A stretch of 64,000 nt of DNA from the NCBI GenBank assembly GCA_965153455.1, contig OZ234494.1:8556001-8620000 (forward strand), written 5' to 3'. The stretch's first letter is position 1. Each line of letters begins with the position of its first letter. Positions 40,925 to 53,794 of this stretch are shown here, in pieces. Source of the stretch: Sphagnum compactum. Taxonomy: Eukaryota. The position numbers were made by a program, and so were the translations under genes. The notes beneath the pieces are model-generated. The model searched no databases. It was not told where the DNA came from and was given only the letters and a program-made list of their open reading frames with translations.

Positions 40925-41919
40925 TATATGGTGGTATTGTCCATATTAAAATGTAAGTTCAGATTTGGAGGTGTAACTTGTGTCTTCATTGGAGAGAGCA
41001 TCCAATCAATATGCCAGCCCTAAATTGCTCACACCCGTACATATTTTCAACTAGACGTCATGTTTTATATCTTACGAAGCATAAAACCTGGACCCAATCA
41101 TTGTTGGTGTTGAAATGGTGTTTCAAAGTTTTTTTCTTCACCAATATTCTCACAAAGGTTTTGGATTTTGTGGTAGTCTGAGAGAGCACTTTTCACTGAG
41201 AGTCATAGACAGTGCTTTTCCTGGATTGATGAATGGTGTGATCTCACAGTCAAAGATGTAATGCAACTAGAACTTGCAACTGATGTGAAGCTGAATCAGG
41301 TTTGCATCAACCCATATTTGCTACAAACAAAAATGTTCTTGACCTAGGTTCTGAGGTTGTGAAATCTTTCTTGTTATAAACTTTCCTGGTATCTGTTTCC
41401 ATCTGCAGAGATTCAGCAAGCATACATCTCCATCAGAAAATAGCAGCAATTCAAATGGCATGGTTGCAGAAACAAATAATCAACAAGCCATGAACGAGGG
41501 CAACCTTTCCAGCTCAGTGGTCCTTAGAAATTAAACCATAGATTTACTGAATACTAGTTGCAAGCAGACATAACTTGCTTGGTTAATATGTTAATACTGC
41601 TTGTTTATTTATGATCAACTTACTTGATGCTAGCACGTGTGTCAACAATTTGTTTGAGCAAAATTTTGTAATCCTTGATCTAAGGCCCCATTGAAGCCTC
41701 ATCCTCTCTACAAACATAGCAATTATGATGAAAATTTAACATGCAAGAATTGACCATGAAGTTTGGGGTTAATTGTGCATGGATGAGGCTAGTTGTAATA
41801 CAAACATGACAAGTACAATGTAAATTTACAATACAAGAATTCATTGTGAGATTTTTGGATAATTTGCACATGGAGTTGCCTTATCATGTACAAACAGGAC
41901 AATCCTAGTATCAAGGAAG

Positions 41920-42860
41920 GTAGTTTGTTTGTTTTGTCACATTGAGATCTCCCAAACCAAATGCTGCAACCCTTGTACACTCTTGGTCTTGTTGGAGAGC
42001 CTTCAATGAGGAGAGGTGCATTGAGATGGGTTTGTAATGTTTAGACCTATGGTGTAGGAGTTATTGAATATTGAACAATTTTATCACTTAAAATTCAATA
42101 AGAACAAAACAAAACTTTTTAGGGCATTGAGGCATGTTCTTGGTACTGTTGGAAAGGCCTCAACGAGTAGGGTTTTATGGAGACAGATTTTAAAATTTTA
42201 AACATGAGATGCAAAAGATATTGAATTTTGAATTATTATCATTGAAAATTCAATAAATCTCCAAAACTTTAATGAAAATTGAATGTAAAAAATGGCTTAT
42301 GATATTACAATGTGTTCAACAACATAAGCCACACTAGTTATGATGTTAGCTTCCAATAATGCTAGAATCACCTTATCCCATATAAACGCAACTATGATGT
42401 AAACTTTCAATAACGTGAAAATTCACCATGAAAAGTAGGAAAGTGGTGCATATGGCTTGTCCTGTAGAACCATTATAATTGCTATCTAAGTTTTCAATGT
42501 GAGAGAATTTATCTAACAGGGAAGTTTGTTTGCTTGTTTTGTTTGTTTGTCACATTGAAATCTCTCAAACTGTGACACCCCTCATGATGACAGGACAAAG
42601 ACCTTGATAAATAGGGGTCCATTAAGGTGGTTTCGTAATGTTTCGACTTATGATGCAACAATTATTGACTACTGAACAATTACTTCATTAAAAATTTAAG
42701 AAAATCAAAACTAAAAAAATTTAGGGGAACTGAGGTGCACTCTTGATATAATTGAAAAGACCCTTGATGAATAGGGCTGCATTGAGGTGGTTTCTTAATG
42801 TTTAGACTTACGAAGTGAGAGTTATTGAATATTGAATAATTCTGTCATTAAAAATTCTAA
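41920..42860 (+). repeat. two adjacent copies of a dispersed repeat with internal reiteration
   Basis: TTTGTCACATTGA(G/A)ATCTC at ~41933 and ~42546; TAATGTTTAGAC..TTATTGAATATTGAA block recurs at ~42036, ~42637, ~42796. Confidence 0.6.
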
Positions 42861-43180
42861 GGATGATGATAGTCAAAACTAGTATAAGTGACTAAAGTAT
42901 AAGGTTCAATATGGTCATCAATTTAATGATTATGAAAACATTATGTGTGAAATTTCAAGTCTAACTACTTCATTCCTTTCCACTCCACCTACATGCATAT
43001 GAAAAGGCAATTAACATGTATCTTTTCCTAATTGAATTTTTATAATTTGATTGTATTGAATTGAATTTAAACTTAATTGAGTATGCATCATCAGAACTCA
43101 TAGTATAGTGTCCTCTAGCTATTATCACATTATTTGGGACGTGGATCTGTTTGGGAGAGGCGGGATGGCGAGGAGGGGAA

Positions 43181-43210
43181 TTAGGGTTAGGGTAGAGACA
43201 TAACCCTAAT
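43181..43210. promoter_or_regulatory. telo-box-like motifs upstream of the proteasome gene
   Basis: TTAGGGTTAGGG and TAACCCTAA 120-150 bp upstream of the ATG; telo-boxes are common in plant housekeeping promoters. Confidence 0.4.
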
Positions 43211-43330
43211 TGCCAAGATAGCTTCTCCTCTCTCCGTCGCTCACGGTCCAATCGTCCGATCGTCCACGACCTTCTGAGAGCGCTTACCGAGGATTTGTGC
43301 GATCAGCTTCCGACCCAGACCGTGCTCGCC

Positions 43331-44295
43331 ATGTTTTTAACAAGGTCTTTGGAAGCTCTTTCTGCTCTTTTTCACCTTTTTTTGCGGGGTGGGGAGGGGG
43401 GGGTTTGTTTTGTCCATTTTGCTTCCCTTCTTGTGTCGTTTCCTTGAGTCCCTTCTTGTTGTCGTTGTTGAATGTGGTGAGAGCTTCAAAGTCACGGATG
43501 GATGTATGTGAGAGAGAGAGAGATGTTTAGAAGGGTACTGATCAGTGGAATGAAAGGTGTGGGGTGTGGAATGAATGAATTGGAGTTGCATTTTTTTGGT
43601 TTCTCAGGAGTGAGTATGACAGAGGTGTCAATACATTCTCTCCAGAGGGTCGTCTCTTTCAAGTGGAGTACGCCATTGAAGCTATCAAAGTAAGTACTGT
43701 TAAACTCTTCGTCACCTTCCCCCCCATTAACCCTTAACCCTAACCCTAAACCAAAAGATCGATTGGTCGAAGAATCACAGCACTTGTGCAAGCCAGACCT
43801 ATTCAAGTTTTTCTTGTGTCTCATCACATGTCCTTGCATAATTGTAAATTTAGCAAATGGGCCTCTTTTGGTTGTATCTCCTTATTGTGGGACGATGGGA
43901 CGGGATGATTGTAGCTAGGGTCAACGGCAGTTGGGTTGAAGACCAAGGAGGGTGTGGTTCTTGCAGTTGAGAAGCGAATCACTTCACCTTTGTTGGTGGG
44001 TTCACTCATCAATCAATCCATCAATCCATCCATCCATCCATCCATCCATTTATCCTGAGATGCTTAAGAATTCAGAAAAATAGTGGTTTTTTTTGTTTTT
44101 TGGGTGGTTACTCTTGTGCTCTGCATTTTGTTCTAATTTTTTATAGGTCTGTTTTTTGGGGGCTGTTCTCAGGAGCCCAGCAGTGTGGAGAAAATTATGG
44201 AAATAGATGAGCACATTGGGTGTGCCATGAGTGGTCTTACTGCTGATGCTCGGACCCTTGTGGAACACGGTCGTGTTGAGACACAGGTTGGTTTT

Positions 44296-44352
<57 letters not shown>

Positions 44353-46306
44353 CCCATCTAATTATTGACCTAATTTTTTGAGGTTGAAAGTCATGTTGGA
44401 TGTGCCTAAGTTTTCTCTCTTTGTCTCAACCATCTTTCCATCATCACATTGCGGCAAAGGATTTTTAGGTTTACTCTAAAAAGAAGAGATCTTATGTCAG
44501 GAATCATACTCAAGCTCTTCTTTTTTTCTATGGTTTGCTGGACTGCCACAGAATCACAGATTCTCTTACAATGAGCCTATGAGTGTGGAGTCAACAACAC
44601 AAGCCTTGTGTGATCTGGCTCTTCGATTTGGGGAGGGTGATGAGGAATCTATGGTTTGGGCTCTTCTACTGCTCTGCTTTATTTCTACCTACTGGTTTGC
44701 CATGTATATAGAGGGACCAGAAAATTGTAGCTGTATGCTTAATTTGGTGCTTGATACTTTGCCTGATTCTAGACCCCTTAAAGCGCATTCTGGACCTCAT
44801 AAGTCCTGTAGGGGTTAGGAGCTTGAAAGTCTGAGTCAAGATGTCTAATGCCCTTTTTCCTGTATCTCTGGGAACCATTGCTGGGGCTCGTGTGTCATTT
44901 GTTTTGACCTGTGCTTGTTTTGCACAGTCACGGCCATTTGGAGTCTCCCTTTTGATTGCTGGCCATGACGATAATGGACCATGCTTGTAAGCTCCCGTAC
45001 CCTCCTTTTGTGATTAATCACCATATCATGATGGTTGGGACAGCATGTGTCTCTTGTCGTAGGATTTTTCTTTGCGAGTGTTCTGGTGGTCAATGTGTTA
45101 CCATTTACAGTTTCTTTTGTTGAAGGCTTCACATTCTGTGTCTGTATGTTGTTGCATGTTCCTGTGTTGCTCTCCAGGGTAATTTTTTTGTTTCTGTTCA
45201 TTTTTTGAGACTGGTGAATGGGGTAAAAATGTGTTGCGTGTGAGTAGGTATCACACGGACCCATCAGGCACGTTTTGGCAGTGCAATGCAAAGGCTATTG
45301 GCTCTGGCTCTGAAGGTGCTGACACAGCCCTCCAGGAACATTACGATGTGGTGCACACTTTCTCCTAACCATGTACTTCTTTTCCTTTCTTTTCTGGGGT
45401 GATAATTAAATTACTGTTGAAGTTCTCAGTTTAATTCTGGAGATGGATTAAACTACAAATTGAGCAGTGTAAGTCTAACTGACATTGGTAGTGCTTTGTC
45501 TGTGTTATCAGTGAGCGTGAAGTTGTTTGGATGGAAATCAGTTGTTACTTTTGTTTCCAGTAATCCATGTTCCACCATTACTACATCTTGCACTTTTGTG
45601 AAGCAATCCATTTCAGAAAGCTTATGTTTATCTGGATTTTTTGGTGACTAGAACATGACACTGGAGGAGGTGGAGACACTTGCGCTCTCTACTTTGAAGC
45701 AAGTTATGGAGGAAAAGGTAAGAGAAACCCACTTTTTAGTCAACCCATATCTTCTCTTTCTGTGTATCTTCTTCTCTTTGTTCTGTTGCAAACGCACACT
45801 TGCCCACAACCAATCATGGATGAGCATCATAGAATTTCAGGAAGCCTTCAAGTAGTGTCCAGTCATTTTCAGACATTCCTGGTTATTGTCTATCTGTGAA
45901 GTGATCCTGGGTGCAGTTCTAGAGAGATTAGGCAGTCTTTGAAGTTTCCAACACAACCATGCGTGATGTAACTATGTAGGGTATGTGGTTATTTCTCTGG
46001 AGTAGAGAAAATAGAGTATAGGTGTTAGTGCAACCAATTGATTTGATTTGATGGTGCCTTGGCAGCCCTAGATTTTGAAGTATATTATTTGTCTCTAACT
46101 GGTTCCAGAATACAGTTACTGGGCATGCCTAATTGCAAGATAAGGAGGTAGGGTGTGAAATGGCTTAGTAGTAAGCTAAAGATGGCTTCTAACAAACCTT
46201 GTTTGTCTTCTAGGTTACATCATCAAATGTGGACATAGCAAAGGTTGCTCCAACTTACCATCTTTATACACCTGAAGAAGTGGAGGCTGTCATCCAACGT
46301 CTTTAG
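43331..46306 (+). CDS. PAE1: 20S proteasome subunit alpha type-5, 237 aa, 9 coding exons
   Basis: Exons 43331-43344, 43608-43689, 43915-43995, 44173-44286, 44552-44653, 44928-44986, 45248-45350, 45652-45717, 46214-46306; all introns GT-AG and phases consistent; [39 protein letters not shown]...[10 protein letters not shown]...[11 protein letters not shown]...VEAVIQRL*. Confidence 0.96.
44300..44348. repeat. (CT)n microsatellite in proteasome alpha-5 intron 4
   Basis: Uninterrupted CT run directly visible. Confidence 0.9.
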
Positions 46307-48549
46307 AAACACTTCTATTGGTCATCACTGCACCCGGGGGGGTTTAAGTTGCAAGTTTCCAAGACTTTCTTTGGGAGTTCTCCGAATCTTCTTGCCTCTG
46401 GGGTCTGGGTAGTGATCAGCTGCAGTCATTTAGAGACGTTTTCATACCCGGTCAAGCAAGCAATTGCTTACAATTGGGTATAGTCTACAAGCAGCAGCTT
46501 TGTTGAAAACACATGCAAAATTCCCTTGTGATATGTGCATGAAATCCTCTATTACTAATCCTCGACATATTTGAGAACTTAAAAGAAATCCCTCATTCCA
46601 CTTTGATTTCTTGCAGCCCCAAAATGACAATGAGTGCTTGTGACAATATATTCAAACCAATGTTCATACTATTTTATATTCTGGACCATTACTTAAGTAC
46701 CATGTGTAATTGTAATATCCAGTAATTGGTTGTCGAAACTTGCACTGATAAAAGAAAGAATATGGATGATATTTTATTAGTTGTGATGGAGTCTTCTCCT
46801 TGCTTCCAGAAATGACAGAAAGTTAGGGTTTGGATTTTTGTGTAATTGCTTGCACAAAGCCTTTCTTTCAGTCATAACTTACAAGGAGGTAATTAAGTCT
46901 GTGGTAAGCTGCTCACTGCCATTGTTTGATGATAGACTACGGTAGAACCTGGTAAAGGAACCAGACACAAGACTATGACCCCTGTTGTTTTTGACAGGTT
47001 TATTTCAGTTTTGGGGGTGTAACCAATTCAAAGGGTTAGAACTGGAGGTTCCAGTTCCAGTTTGTAAAAACCAAACTAGAACTGGAGTTTTATTTTTTTC
47101 AAAGAACAAGAACCAAATTGGAATTCGGTGTATCTGAAGAACCAGACCCAGAACTGGAACCACTCTAATTTAGATTTTAGACCCAGAACCAGAGGTTTTT
47201 CATAGAAATCAATAACTGTCCAACACTGGTTTATTGCAATTTGGCTTGTGAAACCAATGACTAGTCAAAATTGTTGTGGAAACCATTGTCATCAATCTGA
47301 TACAAGGACTTTTACATACTTTTAGTGGACATACATTTCCCAAATCATCAATTCTACAGTTGCAATATGAGTTTCAAGGTGGAAGAGAAGTTCCAGTGCC
47401 AACAGTGTAACAGCTGAATGGTAACTCATGATTTCGATGAAGTTCAGGCTTTAAATATATGTGAAAGTAAATTTGAACGTTCATATGTACTAGTATACAG
47501 TGATGTCTCAAAAAAGGACTTGTAAACATAAATTGACTTTGATTGACCAATCACATTGATTTTCTCATTTGATGGTAGCATCTAACTGGTGTACACTGTA
47601 GAGTATTTCATGTTTATACATGGGGGTGAGGAAATAACTTGCACACTATTTTGGGATGTGGTTGATACTGGTATGGGCCCACAAACCTGCTCTAAGATGC
47701 CACAACTAATACCCTGCATGTAAGATCCCTAACCTCAAATACCTACTGCATGCTAAGATGCTTGCTTGTAAGTGCCAAACTAAAAGTAAAGGGAGCTTTA
47801 CACTTAAAAGCTCTTTCACAGCTTCAACAAGGACACCGTTGTCCTTTCTCATTAGCTCTGTCTCGTGTGACTCACTCTTTCTGCTGCTTCTGGAAATATG
47901 TTAAAATCTCAGTATGCAAGTTAGTCAGTATTTATTTGCCTAACAATTTGAGAAAATTATTACTAAATTCTAATGACCACTGTCAGGAGCTATGTAGTTT
48001 TTAATGGCTTGAGTGACCCAGCACCCACCAGTGCACCATCCAAAAAATCTCCTTCTTGGATTTCATGGATGGGATGAAACTGTCCCCCAGGGGTCAGTTT
48101 ACTTGGTCCGTAGTTTTTTTAAATTCTGGAACTTTGTTTTTCCTCATGCTTTTTTTTTTCTTCGCTCTCACTGTTTCTTCTCCCAGGCCTCACTTTTGTT
48201 TTTTTTTTCTTCCCGTAATCCTTGAACCCAAATTTTTTTTTGGGAACTCCAACCTACCTCTCCAACCTACCTACCTCCCTTCCACCACCCAACCCATCTA
48301 CCTCCTCCATTCTACCCACCCCTCATTTGTGCTCCCCTCCATCGCCAAAGCTTGAGAACTGGGTAGAGCTTCACTAGTTGGGTGAAGGGTTTAGGAAGTA
48401 GCTTGCTGAGCAAAGAGGGAGGAGCTTGCCGCGCAAAAAAGAGGGAGGAGCTTGTTGTTGTTTCAAAGTGCAGCTTCCAAGGTAAGAGTTTTTTTTTCTC
48501 ATGCAACCTGAATTTTTTTTATTTTTCTGGTTGCCTTGTGTAAGCTTCT

Positions 48550-49480
48550 AAACCAGGACAATGAACTGCAACTTGTGGTCCTGGTTTTTTCTCATTGCAA
48601 TTACTTTCGAAACTAGGACCACAAACGTAGCTCATTGTCCTAGTTTTTTTTAATGTGTTGCAGCATTTGAAACCACCATGATGAATGCCCACTCGTTGTG
48701 GTGGTTTTTTTCACATTCTAACTACTTCCAAAACTAGGATGACAAGTTGCACTCATTGTCCTGGTTTGTTTTTTGTTGCAACCTCTTAAACCATGACAAC
48801 AAATTGCAACTTATTGTTGTGGCTTTTGTTGCATTATGTAAGCTTCTCAATTAGGACGACAAGTTGCGCTCGTTGTCCTGATGTTTTTTTTATTACAACC
48901 TCTGAAACCACAATGATGAGCTGTAGTTTGTCATCATGATTTTTTTTGCATTGTGCAAGCTTCTGAACCAAGACAACGAGTTGCAGCTTGTCGTCTTAGT
49001 TTTTTTTCATTACAAGCATCTTTTTTTTTTCCTTGTGTTGTAACATTTGAAACCACCACGACGAGCTGCCGCTCGTCGTCATGGTTTTTTTCTCATTCCA
49101 TCTACTTTCAAAACTAGGACAACAAGTGTAACTCGTTGTCTTGATTTTTTTTTGTTTGACCCTCTAAAACCACAACTATGTTGTCGTGGTTTTTTGCATT
49201 GTGTAAGCTTCTAAACCAGGATGATGAGCTGCATCTTGTCGTCTTGGTTTTTTTCATTACAAGTACTTTTGAAACTACAACGACAAGTTATGTTCATCGT
49301 CCTGGCTTTTTTTCTTGTGTTGCAACATCTGAAACCACAATGACAAGTGTCGCACTCATCATGGTGGTTTTTTTTTCATTCTTGCCATTTCCAAAATCAA
49401 GACAACAACTGTGTATTTTTTTTTGCAGCCTTTGAAACCACGACGACAAGTGTTGTGCTTATCATCGTGGTTCTTTTTTC
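48550..49480. repeat. array of ~16 palindromic units (~58-61 bp), most a ~15-bp stem followed by a T-run
   Basis: Consensus AAACCA(G/C)GACGACGAG-loop-CTCGTCGTC(C/G)TGGTTT(T)n, e.g. 49050 AAACCACCACGACGAGCTGCCGCTCGTCGTCATGGTTT. Confidence 0.85.
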
Positions 49481-49751
49481 TCATGATTGGTATCTTGTTG
49501 CCTTGGTCATTTGTTCTTTGCTATTGCCACCTGAGTTTTTTGAAAATTTCTTTGCTAGTTTTTATAAAAAGGTTGGTATTCTTTTTCTTCAACTCCTGCC
49601 TATATGGATTGATGTTTTTCTTGGCTTCTACTAGTATGGTGGAATGACTTTGGGTTTTTTTTTGTTTTCTAATGTTGTTAAAAGAGTTAGAAATTATTGA
49701 AGTAATGTTGGTCCTCATTTTGTTTTGTGTTTTTTGGGTTTTTTTTGTTAG

Positions 49752-51802
49752 ACGCACACTCGAAAGAAAACAAGGAATGCAACAACAAATCAACAAGCCC
49801 TAATTGAATCTATAGATGGCATTGGAGGTGTGATGAATGGAGATGTAAAAGTTGGGGTGATTGGATAACAAGTGCAAGCTAGTGTTAAAGATGCGCTTGC
49901 ATTGGCTTTGAATGAAAATATTGAGGAGTAAGTGTAAACTAATGTTGAAGATGTGCTTGCATTGGCTCCGAGTGAGAATATTGAGGAGCAAGCGCAAGCT
50001 AGTGTTGATGGTGGGGAAACATTTTTCTAAAATAGAAATTGAAATGTAAAAAACTATTGACATCATACAGGAGCAAGAAGTTGTAACTCCTAGGCAAGAA
50101 AATGCAAATGAGGATGTTGAACCTCATGTTGAGAATCATGGAGGTGACATATTGAACATTACTTATTATAATCAATTGCCCCACCCATCCTTTCAAGTAT
50201 AGAGGATGGGTGGGGTTTGTTTTTGTCAATTTTTTTGTTGCAATATCTTCATTAGATCTGTTCCTTAAACCCCACCTTTGCCCCACCTTCCTTCTCCATG
50301 TGAAAAGGTGGGTGGGGCATTTTTTTTGGGTGAAATTCTATAAGCAATACCTAAAGTCTTTGTAGGTGATTTTTTAATCTAAAATTAGTTTTTGAACATT
50401 GGGTTCTAGTAATACCCTTGTCTTTTTTTTGGATCTTTTATTTTTCTGTGCAATACCTTCACCTTGTTTTTTTATTTTTATCCTTCTACGTAATACCCTC
50501 ATCCTTTGGTTAAAATCCATTTATGCAATACCTGACACGCTCCCAAGCTCCTTGATAGACTCAAATGTGAGCCTGAGATGAAAACAATAGAAGAGTAAGG
50601 AGTTGGGGCACGTTCTCTGGCTCGCAACACTTTGGGGGTAGAGGGGCGTGCTGGAGCTCTTAGATGAGACTAGGAAGAATGACAAGCAATCAATCACTCA
50701 CACGGACTTGCACAAGCCAAATAACAAGTTGGTTAGTGCATAGTTGGAGCACTTTTGGTGCTAGAACGAGCCACAGGCAAACTCGGACTCATAAGACCCA
50801 CCACGGCCCGAACTTGAAAAAGCCACCACCTTCCCCCTTATAGTATACCTGCGCATGGCCACGGGACCAGCACCCAAATGGCATTTTGTCTCGGGACTCC
50901 CAAAGTGGGAGTCCCGAAATTCCCACAACTGGGACTCTTGCGACTTTGGGGGCCCATAACTTTGCGTGCAGACCTCCGATTGAGATGAGGTCTAAAGAAA
51001 AGTTATAGCCCTTGTCGAGAGCTTTTCAACGGTATGTCGCACGCCACCTGCACACAAAGAAATTGGGGAAATTCCCAACTTTTAGTGGTTGGGAGTCAAA
51101 TTGCCAATTTGATTCCCGGCCCTTTTTTGGCCATAACTTGTGTTTGAAGTGTCCAAATGGGTCATGCAAGCCCATTTTAGACATCTAAGTTCTAAGTGCT
51201 TTCCAATGATATAAGGAATTTTTCAATCCATTGGGTTTTGACCCCTACAATTGCTCTTTGCAGATTTGGGAGTGCACTGGGATTCCAACTCCCAAAGTGG
51301 GAGCTCCCTTAGGAGTGTGAGGGGTCATTCCCTCACACTCTCCTACACTCCCGGGAGCATGACATGTGACTCCCGAACTTCCCTCTTGGCTCGCACCCTT
51401 GCAAGCCCTTGCTTTGGTTGCGAGCCCAAGGCTAGGGTTGCAACAATACCCTCATTATACATGGGCTAACCTTCATGCATAATTTTAATTCTTGTTTTTG
51501 TTTTTTTAGTTTCAGATGCGGTTGCCCCTCCTTTGGTTACCATACAGGGTGTCCATTGGGTAAAGGATGGGCCCAAATTTGCTTGTAGGCTTAATGGGTG
51601 TGATGCATCTTATACAACCAAATACAACTTGGTATGGCATTTGCGGGCATACCACAATGTGGTTATGGAGTTAGGTAAACCCAGACGCCCATCTACTTAG
51701 GAGGAAGGTTCAAGGGTTCAAGATAACATGGCCATGAATGCGAAGGTCTTGAGCAACCCTTTGACCTAGTTTTGTCACAATGAGCCAAAGGCTATTGCTA
51801 AG
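49752..51802 (+). pseudogene. spliced C2H2 zinc-finger protein pseudogene (two exons; intron holds a solo LTR)
   Basis: Exon A 49752-50143 (acidic, 60-bp/20-aa repeat, stops, a frameshift) ends phase 1 at GGAG|GT; exon B from 51510 after TTTTTAG is phase-compatible and encodes FACRLNGCDASYTTKYNLVWHLRAYH (F-x-C-x4-C-x3-Y-x5-L-x2-H-x4-H, 51578-51655); in-frame stops follow. Confidence 0.65.
50533..51445. mobile_element. solo LTR (913 bp) with 5-bp target-site duplication
   Basis: TG...CA termini; ATACC at 50528-50532 and 51446-51450; GC-richer than flanks; no internal coding region. Confidence 0.85.
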
Positions 51803-51804
51803 AT

Positions 51805-52465
51805 AACATATTTAAAGAGTCTTAGAGGGGTATTACATAACCTTAACAAAACCTAGAAGGAATGCAATACCTTGATGAAGGTATTCTATAAACACTATGG
51901 ATTGAATTATTTTGGTCCAAGCTATTGGATAGGTATTGTTTATGCCCAAAATTATTCAATCCACATGTAATACCCCTATGAAGGTATATTAAAAATCCGT
52001 TGGGCTCCATAACATATTTAAAGAATCCTAGAGGGGTATTCCATAGCCCTGAAAAAACCTAAAAAGAACATAATGCCCTCATGAGGATATTCTATAAACA
52101 ATATGGATTAAATTATTTTAGTCTAGGCTATTGGAGGGGTATTGCTTATGCCCAAAATTACTCAATGGGTGTGCAATACCTCTCTTAGGGTATATCAATA
52201 ATCTTTTAGGCTTATCACATATCTATTGAAACCTGGAAGAGTATTGCCTAAACCTACAAGGAAAGCGATACCCTATTTGGGGTAATTTGCAAACATTAGG
52301 GGGTTCATTATTTTGATTTAGGTTGTTGGAGGGGTATTGTTCATGCCCAAAAATACTCAATTCACATGCACTACCCCTTAAAACCTTTGGGTTCCATAAC
52401 ATATCTTTTGGAATTTGGAAAGGTATTACATAGCCTTAGCAAAACCTAAAAGGAAATAAATACCC
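51805..52465 (-). repeat. ~207-bp tandem array (~3 copies), inverted relative to 53795-54950
   Basis: AGAGGGGTATT..CATA..AAAACCTA units at ~51815, ~52021, ~52228; reverse complement aligns to the 53960-54040 sequence. Confidence 0.75.
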
Positions 52466-53794
52466 ACATCATTTTGTAATAATATCGTAAACCATGAGGC
52501 AAAAGCTTTTTTAAAAAGATATTTATTCCATTCTCACTATATCATGCCAAACATATTGATTCAAATAAATGAGGGTATTGTAAAGTTCTTCACATTGATG
52601 GTAGAATAGACTACTTGAACAAAGTTATGGAATTTAAATGCAATACCTACATCATCTTGGGATGGGTATTGCATAGCCCTACCAAACCGTAAAAAAAATA
52701 CAATACCTACACCATATTGTGACAATATCTTAAACCATGATACAAATGAAGGTATTGTCAAGTTAGTCACATTGATGATAAAACATAATAAAATTATCAC
52801 AAAAATGTTGGTATTGTAGGTACACATCATAACTTTCTTGAATACCATCAATGTGGCCAATATTGCAATACCTCCATGTACGTATACCAACAATTTTGCA
52901 TTGGTCCATTTATGAGTTTGAAAATGTGTTTCCATTATATTTAATGTTTATTTAAAAATTTAACATAATTTTTTTATTAAGATATTATATATTTAAGAAT
53001 GCAACAAATTTAATAAATCTGCACAATTTAATTAAATAGAGATTTTACAAACTTTATTTTTATGTCTCATTGTCAATGGACTTATCAATAAAGTAATAAA
53101 TATATTGCATTTACACTTCAACATTTTGTTCAATACCATCAATGTGACCAATTTTACAATTTGGCATGATATGTTGAACATGGATTAAATATGAGAAAAA
53201 AACTTGATATATTTCATGGTTAATGACATTATGAAAACACAATGAAGGTATTGTAATTACATTTATAAACTTTGTTCAAGTAAACCTTATACCATCAATG
53301 GCTAGTTTTGCAATACTTTCATTCCAATTTGCATTGGTCCATTAGTGAATTATTGTCATTTATGATGTTGAAAACGACTTTAAACTATAATGTTTAATTA
53401 AAATATTACTAAGTTAAAACAATTGGGCAAATATTATATCTCTAGAAATGCAGAAAAATATAATTTCACATATTAATTATTTAATTATATCATGATTTCA
53501 GTTAAAATATTTTCAAAACTAAAAATTGATAGATTATGCACCATTTATATTTTTTGAATCATAAACAACCATTCATTTATTCAAATGAACTTCACATGTG
53601 TTTTAGGTTTAATAAAAGATGAAAAAAATACAAATTTCAATATATTTTAATACAAAAAGGAATACGAATTGAAGTGTGACAATTAGTGATCATTACTGCC
53701 ATTATTTGATATGTTATTCTATAAATTTCAATTTACATAAAATAAACATGAGATTACATGCACTGATTAAATATACATCATTAATAAGTTATAT

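Noticed and set aside
48550-49480. CRISPR array interpretation of the palindromic units
   Set aside because: Eukaryotic context, no cas genes, degenerate repeats, and linkers homologous to one another rather than unique spacers.
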